In this document: piece after piece, positions 54,341-64,000 of the stretch
Numbering within the stretch: the first letter of the stretch is position 1
Layout of the letters: each line of letters opens with the position of its first letter
Origin: Camelus ferus
Taxonomy: Eukaryota
Length of the DNA: 64,000 bases
Assembly (NCBI RefSeq): GCF_009834535.1
Contig: NC_045696.1
Coordinates: forward strand, 61,134,001 to 61,198,000
Direction of reading: 5' to 3'
Made by a program: the position numbers and the translations under genes
The notes under the pieces: model-generated
Database searches by the model: none
The model's input: the letters and a program-made list of their open reading frames with translations, nothing else
What the model was told of the DNA's origin: nothing

Positions 54341-54699
54341 GCTCGGACTCTAAACGATTTTGGCCAATGTTTGCCCATCCTTTAATTCATTCATTCACTC
54401 ATGTATTTATTCATTACCTTCTCACTGAGTGCCTAACCCACTCTGGGCCTCTTCCCCTCTGCGGCTGCCCCTCCACCGTGTCACCCAGCACCCAGGCCCT
54501 CGCTGACGCATCACTGGGAGAGATGCGCAGAGACGGGGGGCCAAGGAGTCTCTGGGTCAAGGAGGGGAGGGCCGGGTCCCGAGCAGGAGGCCCCGGTGGT
54601 CCCTCCACAGCAGCCTCATCCTTCCCGGGGTGTGCTGCCCCGTCCTGGGGACAATCTCCGCTTTTGCCCAGAGTCTGGGCCCTCAAGCCTCAGTCCCAA

Positions 54700-55775
54700 C
54701 CTCAGGGGAGAGCCAGGTAAGGGCCCAGGTTGGGGAACAGAGTGCTCATTTTCTGTACAAATGGACACGTGCACACTTTCTGCATTTTCCCCACTGGGAA
54801 TCTAGAAGCCTGGGTTTTCTTCCAGACTTCTCCACTAAACATCTGGGGAATCAAGATCCGTCAACGCCAAATAACTATCTAACTCATTAAAAACCACAGT
54901 TATTACAGTGGGTCTGCTTCTTTAATGTTTGGATTTCCTCTGGTTATAAAATCATGCACACAGGCATATATGATTCAGAAAGTTGAAAAATTTAAAAAAA
55001 AATTAGGAACTGAAGGTCACCCACAACTTCAGGCACTGCTAATTTAGAATGGATAATCTTCTGGGCTCTTCTCAGAGTTACAACTGAACTGCTCTCAGTA
55101 GCCACTACTACCGTCATGGCTGCATTTTCATTGAGACCTTAGCATCTGTTCCAGGAGCACGTTTTTTAGCAAATTACTTCCACCAAGTGGGGCTCTGTTG
55201 CAGCGGAGAGTCCCCCTAACCCCACACCCTCTTCTGAATCCCTCTCCTCCAGCTTCTCCACCCTGCAGAAGGAGAAACAGCCATTTATGCCAAGTGCTTT
55301 ACATTCTACATCCCGTTGAAGCTTTACAACCACCTTAAATTCATGTTTTATTATGCCCACTTTATGGATGAAAAAACTAGAGTTCAAACAGACTAAATAG
55401 TTCGGACTCTAAATAGTTCGCCAGAGATGGCAAGCAGAGAACCCAGGATTCCGGGTTCCAGCGCTCCTGCCCTCGGCACAGCAGCGTGCAGCCTGCCAGA
55501 AGCCCTCTGGGGGTTCTGGAGGCTGAAGAGGCTGAGAGGAGATTCAGGAAACATCTTCTGGTCTCGTTGTAACAACTGTGGTTTTTAGTGAATTAGATAG
55601 TTATTTGGCGTTGACGGATCTTGATTCCCCAGATGTTTAGTGGAGGAGTCTGGAAGCGAACCCACGCTTCTAGATTCCCAGTGGGGAAAATGCAGAAAGT
55701 GTGCACATGTCCATTTGTACAGAAAATGGCTACTCTGTTTCCCTGCCTGGGCCCTCACCTGGCTCTCCCCTGAGG
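54700..55775. repeat. Inverted duplication: 208-bp arms (54700-54907 and 55568-55775), 660-bp spacer
   Basis: Manual alignment: 15 mismatches in 208 bp, no indels; opposite-strand ORFs 54630-54890 and 55585-55845 give near-identical peptides. Confidence 0.97.
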
Positions 55776-55851
55776 CTTCATTGGAGGGGCTCATGCCTGT
55801 CCTGTGCTGAGAAAAGGGCTGGGCTGAGGATACGGTCAGAGGCATGGTTAA

Positions 55852-55865
55852 GCGCCCCCCAGTGG
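55852..55865 (-). promoter_or_regulatory. Candidate CTCF site
   Basis: (tgg)CCACTGGGGGGCGC(t), one mismatch to the core, CpG retained. Confidence 0.5.
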
Positions 55866-56639
55866 CCAGCTGATGCTATTATACTCGAGTCTGTTCTCAG
55901 ACACATTTGAGAGTGAACAAGGATGCTATTAACAATACACAGGAGATGGGCATAAACGGGGATGTGCAGGTAAACTGGGAGGTATGGTCACCCGGCTCAG
56001 TGGAGGCAGAGGGTGGCACAAATTCTTTTAAGGGATTGCCCAGAGTGGCCGGAACCCACAAGCTTATCCCCTCAGGTGAGCTCTGGCCAGCAGGAGAGGT
56101 TCCGGAGAGTCACGTGGCATCTTCAGTTGACTCTGACTCTCCTCGGGACTGGGCTTCCAGGACCCAGCTTGGCAGCCCCGCCTGGTGTTCATGCAGCAGG
56201 CAGCTATGTGGGTGCTGTGGTCGCCCAGATCTGAATTTGGATTTTGGTGCTGTCTCTTTCTGGTAACTTTGAGGAAATTACCTAATTTTTCTGAGCTTCC
56301 ATTTCCTTGAGTATAAAATAGGACCAATAAATTCCAGTTTGTGAGATTATTGTATGAGATAGGGTCTATGAAAGTGCCGACTGCTTAGCAGGAGCTCAAT
56401 AAAGACAGTGTTAGCCTCGGAGGCAGATTTGTATGCGATGTTAGTTAATGAAGTGACAAGGCCAACTGACTTTTCTAGGCCAGGGGAAGTCCTGGCTTGG
56501 CGTGTGGCTTTCTCCCACCTGAACTCCCTCAGGCGCACTAGGCTGGGAGGTAGATCCCCATTCTGGTCCAAGGCCTGCCGCTTGAGACTTTGAGATGTGA
56601 ATGGTGGCAGATGGATGGGGAAGAAAACCAGAACCTGAA

Positions 56640-57470
56640 GTATCATCCAACTAGCAGTGAATTTTCCTTTTCTCCTCTGGCATCTCCAGGCCTGGACTAG
56701 GACAGCTGAAACCCAGAGCTGTGGTCAGAAAGCACTCCGAAGAAACTCTACTTCTGGTCAAAGGAGCAGAAAGGGGGCTCCTGAGGGTTAGAGCGAGTGG
56801 AGAGAATCTCCTACATTTTCTATTGTTTTTTATTCTCTCCCACCCCAGATCCCCAGCAAAACTACAGCAGCAGTGGCAGCAGCTGGACAGTCACCTAAAG
56901 CCCCAACGCAGAGAACTCCTCTCTGACCAGACAATCTGCGGCCCCCAAAGTGTGGGGGAAATCGCACTGCTTCTCCCCTTCTCTCTCTGTTCCCCCTTTG
57001 CGTGGTCAGAGGATCGCTGTCATGGGAAGTGTGTGGGAGAGCAGGGAAACCGAAGCCCTGGCTTTCAAGCCAGGGAACCTGGGAACCAGAAAGTGTCAAG
57101 GAGACAGCGAAGAGGAGGAGGCTCCAGTAATCAATCCTATAACACTGTAGAGCAACTCCTGGGCTCAGTCCCAGACTGCACATGCCTGGATCTGTCCCGA
57201 AACAGCACACCAAACACCGAAGGAAAGGGACAGTCTGCCACTCAGGTCGCAAACTGGCCCCTGGGTGATCACAGGTGGGCGGGTCTGACTAGCACTACAA
57301 TCACCAGCGAAGACTTGAAAAATTGAACTGACACTGGAACCACTGCTGAGGGCAGGCCAGTAGGAACTTGTCGTAGTAAATCAACTGCTAAAATAAGCAA
57401 ACAAAAACAACATTCTCCATAGACTTTAAACAAGACTTGAGTCTCACAGCATAATATTCAACCAAAACAA
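56640..57470 (+). mobile_element. Probable 5' region of an ancient L1M element
   Basis: Resembles L1M 5'UTR relics; ends in A-rich ttgagtctcacagcataatattcaa. Confidence 0.5.
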
Positions 57471-59005
57471 AAAATTTCCCGGATGGGCACAAGGCTCGAA
57501 CGGGCCATAGACCATGGAGCGAGCACAGGCAGCCCAAGGGCTCCCCGGGTCTGAAAGGCTAGGGAGGGAGTGCGGTAAGGCCTGCGCCGAACCGGGCGGC
57601 CTTGGCCCTGGCGCCCTCGGTGCGGCTGCCCTGGGGCCTCTCTGTGTCTAAGTCTGCTCAGTCCTTCCTAGACCAGCTGCACAAGCTGCCCACTCAGAGC
57701 CTGGCTGTGCCTGCCCTCCAGCCGTGGTACTTGCTTACCCACCGCTTCTGTGAACCCCTCCATGTATAAGCTCCCACGGGGAGGGACCGTGGCTTCTCTC
57801 TTCACAGTGCTCTGCACACGGCAGCGGCAGCGGGCGCAGGAGGACTCCCCTCCAGGTAGGGCTCTGGGGGAGAAGCAAAAGTTAAGGTGGTAAGACTTCC
57901 CAGCTGGAAGCCCTGACCTGTTGACTCCCTCACAACAGCTCACTCCCATTTCAAGAGGAGAAGACTGATGCTCCTGAGAGTTTACAAGACAGGAATGAGG
58001 TTGAATGTGAGAAGCAGAGCTGGGATTTAAACTTGGGCTTCTGCTTATAACCCTGGGCCCCTTTGATGGAGAAGAGGAGAGGGACAAGGGAGAGGCGCAC
58101 AGATGGAGCTGAGGGCAGAGTTAAAGCATCCGCCTTCTCCTCCCAGGGGCAGAGCACAGAATAACTGAGGCAGCAGATAAGGACCCTCTTCCAACCCCTC
58201 CTTTACGGTCTGTGAAACTAGGATCCAGGGAAGGACAGGGACTTGCCCTGGGTCGTACAACTAGTGGCAGAAATACTGGCTTTCCTGAACTTTCTATATT
58301 TATGGAGAATTAGGTACTATAAGGCTTGTACAAGTTTCATTAAGGATTTTATTTTTAACAAAATATGCAAGTTCAAGAAAAAAGGTTCTCATATTTAGAT
58401 AGCCTTAATAAATATTTTATTAAAATAGCATGATGGGTACTGATTCTTTTTTTTTTTAATAAAGGATGCACCAGATTAAATGCAAAGCACTGAAAGGAGT
58501 TGGTTAAATAGATTTAGCACAGTTTGCTTTGGCAATAAGAATTGTGAAAAAAAAGTAGCAAAAACTTCTATATTCAAGCCAAGGAGAATGATTAAGAATA
58601 TTTTGGCACATGTACTCAATGGACTATGTTTATGAAACTGTGACGAAGTTGAGTACAGTCAAAAAAATAAAAAGCAAAAACAAGACAAACACCAAGATGT
58701 TAAACAGTGGTTGTATTCAAGTGTCAGGCTACAAATGAGCTCAAGATTCTATTTTTCTATGTTCCAGAAATTCTATAATGAGAGTGTTCTTTCAGCAAAG
58801 AAGGAAAATGTTTTATTTGGGGGAAAAAGCCACTCTTTTATTTTGGTGGGAGGACAATAGCTGGAACAATAGCTTATCTGACTTTAAGCAAGCTCTGTGC
58901 CTAGTAACCCGTTTCTCTTTTGCTCATGACTATACCTCTAACTCCTAGTACAGCGCCAAGTACACAATAGGAATGCAGGAAATATTTGTTGATGAGAAAA
59001 TAAAT

Positions 59006-59102
59006 GGGGGGAGGGTATAGCTCAGTGGTAGAGCTCATGTTTAGCATGAACTAGGTCCTGGGTTCAATCCCCAGGACCTCCCTTAAAAAAAAAAAAAAAA
59101 AA
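59006..59102 (+). mobile_element. Vic-1-like SINE (short form, head plus poly-A)
   Basis: ggggagggtatagctcagtggtagag...ggttcaatccccagg followed by an A-tract. Confidence 0.85.
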
Positions 59103-60143
59103 GATGGATGGATGGATGATATATGTGGAAATATTTAACACTTGAAATTTAAAAACACCTAGTAGAGAAATTTTTTAAAAAGTTAAAAATAAGAATTATT
59201 CCAAATGGGAACTGTGTAAATGAGACAAAGGAAACAATTGCATATTAAAGGAAGCTGTTAGCCTTCTCACCTGTGCATTAGGCTGTGGTTAAACAGAGAA
59301 TAACTATGACATGACAGTACTCACAACCCCAGGGCTTTCAGCAGCTAAACTGCTCCTCCAGCTAAACCAACATGGGCCTGACGTTGATGCTCCGCCCCTC
59401 TGCCTTCCTTCTCTGAGCAGCTCTCCCTTAGCTCCATGGCCAATGTCAACACTGAGGTTCTGAGGGGAAGCGAGTGAGAGGGGTGGGCAGTTGGCAGGCC
59501 ACGAGGAGATCTGGAGGAGATCTGGGTGCCTTCCCTCGAGGCTGAGTGGTTCCAGAGGCCCGCCCTGGACACAGGGATGCTCGCCGCCCCGAGCGGCCTC
59601 TGTGGTACTGGCCGGGCAGGATGGGACTGGGGAGGCAGTGATTTCCCCACAGTGTGTATGTCTTATGTAACTACAACTAATGTAGCCTTTCTTCTAGTTT
59701 TTTCTTTTTTTTCAATTAATGTATTCTAAGTACCCAATATTAGCCACTCAGGTATAATAACAGGCAGGGAAATGCTGGCTTAGAAAATGACGAAAGCAAA
59801 TAGGAAATCCAAGGGACACACTTTTCTGGAGCACAGAGGAGGAGTAAGATACAGGTCTGCTCTATGGAACTTAAGACCTAATTACAGAAACAAAACCATC
59901 CCCTAGGCCACCTGTCTGTCCAACGTTTCCTCTGGACTCTCCCCTGCCTCCCTGCACCCCTGTCCAACCACCATGTCCTACCACAGAGTGTGATTCCGGA
60001 TCTTTGTTCCTCCTAACCTCCCTCTTCGGTGCCTGGAAACTGCTCATCCTTTGAGGTCCCCGCATTTCTTCCATTGTGCTGCCAGGGCCCCATCCCTCTC
60101 TGTCCTGTCACAACTCTCGGCTCAGCGTATTATAAGGATTTGT

Positions 60144-60286
60144 GGGGTTAAGGGTGTAGCTCATGTGGCAGCGTGCGTGCTTAGCATGCACAAGGTCTTG
60201 GGTTCAATCCCTAGTACCTCCCCCCAAAATAAATAAACCTAATTACTGCCCCCACACAAGGTTAAATTTTTTAAAAAAGGAAAAAG
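60144..60286 (+). mobile_element. Vic-1-like SINE
   Basis: tRNA-Ala head, aaataaacctaattac tail, TSD aggatYtgtg. Confidence 0.85.
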
Positions 60287-61329
60287 AGGATCTGTGTGTG
60301 TGTGGCCACCTCCCCTCATTCACTGTGAGCCCCTAAGAGCCTAGAAACTGCTCCAGGTGGCGGCTCACATAGACAGGACCCCCGTGAATGAACCATGTGG
60401 GTAGGATTGCAGCCGTGGGCACGCAGAAGAGGCAGCCTGGGCTGGAGGGGCCGGGAAGGCCGTGGGGAAGGCGGCCCTTCACAAGGACCTCCACACAGGT
60501 GCAGAGCCAGCCTGGTGGGGACGCAAGAGCCACATATGAGGGGCTTCTCCTCCGAGAACCGGCTGTTAATGACGAACCTTTAGGGCAGAAGGTGCTGACA
60601 TGTGTGTAGGGAGAGCCAGGCTCACGTTGCAAGGTTGGAGACAGGCAGAATGCGGGATCCCTAAGGCCAGATGGTGAGAGAGGAGGCTCCAGGTCACGGG
60701 GTCAGGTACAAGGGCAGTTAGGAAAACAAAAAACCAACAAACCGGCTGAAAAATGGAAGACATGACCAACAAGCTCATTAAAAGATGCCCGACATCACTA
60801 ATCATTAGGAAAATGCAAATCAAAACCACCTTGAACCCATTAGGTTGGCTGCTATTTTAATAAATAAATACATAAACTGTATGTGTATTTTACCAAAATT
60901 TTAAAAAATTAGAAAAGAAACTATAATAGGAAGCCATTTTGCAATAAAACAAAATACAGTAGTTTAAAATAAAGCTACACTCCTATCACTAAGAAACAAT
61001 TACTTTTAATATATTAATTGAATATTCTTTTAAGGATAGTTCGATTTGCTGTGTTGTAGCCCAGTCTGTGGATGAAAAAAAATTATATTTAACCAACCCC
61101 CTATTATAGGACATTTTGATGGTTCCCAATTGTTCACTATCATAAAAGCTGTTGTGATTAAATTCCTTATATATATATTTTAATGAATTGTTTATTCAAA
61201 ACAGGGGGTTCATTAGAAGGGATGACAGTTCCCTGGGGAGGGCAGGGCAGGGAGCACAGCCCTGCAGGGAGAGGAGCAGGGCTTCCAGGAGCCAGGCAGG
61301 GCCACCCATGGCCCGCCAGCTCTTTAGGA

Positions 61330-61500
61330 TTACACTTGGAGCTGCCAAGTGTAAACACGCTTGATCATGTCTGAGGATCACCCAGGAATCCTGGTTGGAC
61401 AGAGATTCCAGTTCAGTAGGTCCAGGTAGGGCCCAGGTTCTGCATTTCTAACGGGTTCCCAGGTGATGTTGACACTGCTGGACCTCATGCCACCCTTTAA
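61330..61500. mobile_element. MER5-type MITE
   Basis: gattccagttcagtaggtccaggtagggccc..tgcatttctaacgggttcccaggtgatg. Confidence 0.8.
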
Positions 61501-62790
61501 GTTGGAAGGATAAGGATAAGGAGACCCTTAGAATGAAGGGGGAACACACAGGATGCAGCCTATGATAAGGCTGGTGATAACAGGGCTGGAGAGATTTCCC
61601 TCAGAATTTGTCCACTTTTTAAAAGTTCCACCTTGTCTCTACCTCACAAAGGCCAGTGAGAGAAGGGGATTCCGTCTGCCTTGTGTAATGAGGGAAGCCG
61701 TGCATCCTAGGGGCCATCCTGGTGGTGGCAGGAGGAATGAAGTGAGAAACTTCCAAAAGGACAGCTTCAGAGGAGGCAACTGGATCCTTGAGAACATCCC
61801 CACCTGGAGACAGTGTATTTTAATTTGACTTTTGATCGTGGAAAGGTCCATTCACCCTCAAGTAGAGTGAGCCCTCGTATTCTATCACCAGCTTCAACAA
61901 TTACCAACTCATGGCCCATTTCCTCCAACCATCTGGACTGTTCTCAACAGATCACTTCATTCAGAAATATTTTTAAACATAGCTCCAAAATAGAAGTCCT
62001 CACTTTAAAAACGTACAGGTTTTCTATTAATAAGGGAGACCAATCTTTCTGAAAAGCCATTTAGCAATGCCTGTTAAAATTGTTACAAAGCAAAAATGTT
62101 AACAAAATAATGTGTTCATAGAGACTTTCTATATTTCATTTCTAAAGAATGAAAAATATGAAGTGTTTAAATATCATTTGAGAAGATGAATTTTAAAATA
62201 TAGAAAACTGCTTGTAGTATCAAATGTTAAGTGACAAAGGCAGGTACATAGCAGTACCAGCCACTTGACCTTATTTTATAAAACCACAACACATACAACA
62301 TGTATGTGCAGAGGGAAAAAAACTGACAGAAAATATATCAAAATTTCAAGTGACTTTCTGGGTAATTTTAATTCTCTCATTGTGCTTTTCCGAATGTTTC
62401 ATTTCAACAATAAGCTCATATGAGAATCATAAAAACAGCATTTAAAAATACAGTAGTCGTGGGGGCTTACCAAAGGGCACCAGTGTTCTCCCAGGACTTT
62501 CCCCTTAGCCCACAGCATTCTCCCAGGTAGCCCAGGGCTTCTTTCCTAAATTAGGGGTTGCCTCCTTCAAAGCCCCGCACTCAGTCCCTCTTCCAAGCAT
62601 CAAATCCTAGGTAGCCCGTTTGGCTCCAGATGATTGGCAAACCTGTTCCTTCCCTTCCCAGCTTCCTTGGAATGAGTCTCTTTAAGCACCCTTGGGCCTG
62701 GGCCAGCCTCTTTTGGACTTAATTGATTTATTGGGCAATGACTTGACACAATCTTAGCCCTCCCTTCTATCTGACATTTATCCAAGAGAC

Positions 62791-62823
62791 TGCAATGTCA
62801 CACATCACCAATAGGTGGTGCTG
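62791..62823 (+). promoter_or_regulatory. Candidate extended CTCF site with upstream motif
   Basis: TGCAATGTC-N5-TCACCAATAGGTGGTGCTG; core with two mismatches plus a correctly spaced upstream module. Confidence 0.5.
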
Positions 62824-63103
62824 CCTGACACAAAAGCACTCTTGCCCAGGCGTTCTGAAGATAGATTTCAGGGAATATGATTTAAATTAATAATTGCTTG
62901 AGAGGATGTGATGACTGTGCAGACACAGCATTGCTGCATAAGGGCACAGGGACAAATTTACCACCTACCACTCCCTTCACCGCACAAGAATAGCCATTTC
63001 TATACCAAAAGTGTAGGAAGACAAAAATCTCAGAATAAAGACCATCCTTGAAATTGAGTACATTTCATTTTAAGAAAAACTCAGTTATGTGGTTCTTATT
63101 CTT

Positions 63104-63431
63104 TTTTTTAAATTTTTATTGAAGCATAATAATCAGTTTACAATATTGTGTCAATTTCTGGTGTACAGCACAATACTTCAGTCATATAGGAACATAAATA
63201 TATTCATTTTCATATTCTTTTTCACCATAAATTACAAGATATTGAATATGGTTCCCTGTGCTATACAGTATAAACTTGTTATTTATCTATTTTATATATG
63301 TTAGTATCTGCAAATCTCGAACTCCAAATTTATCCCTTTCCACCCCCTTCCCACCCTGGTAACCATAAGTTTGTTTTCTATGTCTGTGAGTCTGTTTCTA
63401 TTTATTTTCTTTAAAAAAAAAAAAAAAAAGG
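63104..63431 (-). mobile_element. Younger L1 3' end
   Basis: TSD tgtggttcttattctt at 63088-63103 and 63432-63447; same 3'UTR family as 32878-33441. Confidence 0.9.
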
Positions 63432-64000
63432 TGTGGTTCTTATTCTTATCATTTCACTGCAGGCTGGTGAAAATTTGAACCTGGACATGGACTGGCCTTC
63501 AGGAACCCCTACTCTAGCCAAGGATTCCAGGAATTGGTGGTCCCTCCTCCATTCTCCAAGTTCAAATTTCTCTAAAAATCAATGCACTTCAAATTAAGAA
63601 CACCTTTATCTTCTTTGTGTGCAGTGTGGCCCACACGCTAGACTTTTCCTCTACTCGTGGCTGCAGTAGAGCGGTGAGCCTCTTAAGCAGAGCCATTTCT
63701 CTTAGAAACACAGATCTGACTTTATTCCTCTTCTTCTCTTCTGCCATCTTCCTTTGTCTACGAAGTCACAGAACTCAGCATTTCACACCAGTAGCTTCAT
63801 GATCCAGGCCTGCCTCACTCACCAGGGCCATACGAAAGCCATTTCCAGCCCACCTCAGAAACTTAACAAAAGGTTGGATGCTAGACTTGCCAACTTCAGT
63901 ACTGAGGCCAGGCCAGTTCGCATCTCCATGCTTTGCGCATGCCATTCCCCACACCTGCAATGCTTTCATGCCCCTTCACCTTCCTGGCACATGCCTATTC

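Noticed and set aside
54630..55845. Pair of near-identical 86-aa ORFs on opposite strands as duplicated genes
   Set aside because: By-product of the inverted duplication; N-termini differ and starts are non-canonical
56721..57326. 201-aa ORF
   Set aside because: Lies within a probable L1 5' relic; no homology recognised

Overview
This is mammalian euchromatic DNA, almost certainly camelid (alpaca/llama/camel): six copies of a tRNA-Ala-derived Vic-1-type SINE are present. I find no intact protein-coding gene, and the supplied ORFs are nearly all chance or repeat-derived. Most of the window is old interspersed repeats (L1, L2, MIR, MaLR/ERVL/ERV1 LTRs, hAT/Tigger DNA elements). Four things stand out. 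(1) A decayed, intron-containing, minus-strand gene for a secreted or membrane mucin-like protein at about 9.4-16.9 kb, with a TATA-like box, a disabled signal-peptide exon, a 2.2-kb Ser/Thr/Pro-rich exon and a third truncated exon. Its peptides resemble the MUC16 N-terminus as I recall it. (2) A 5-kb class I ERV provirus with two LTRs, PBS, gag and env remnants but no pol (32465-37521). (3) A 208-bp, about 93% identical inverted duplication of apparently non-repeat DNA (54700-55775). (4) A MER53 element carrying a miR-1302-type sequence. Repeat family names come from my memory of consensus sequences, and boundaries are approximate unless TSDs are quoted.
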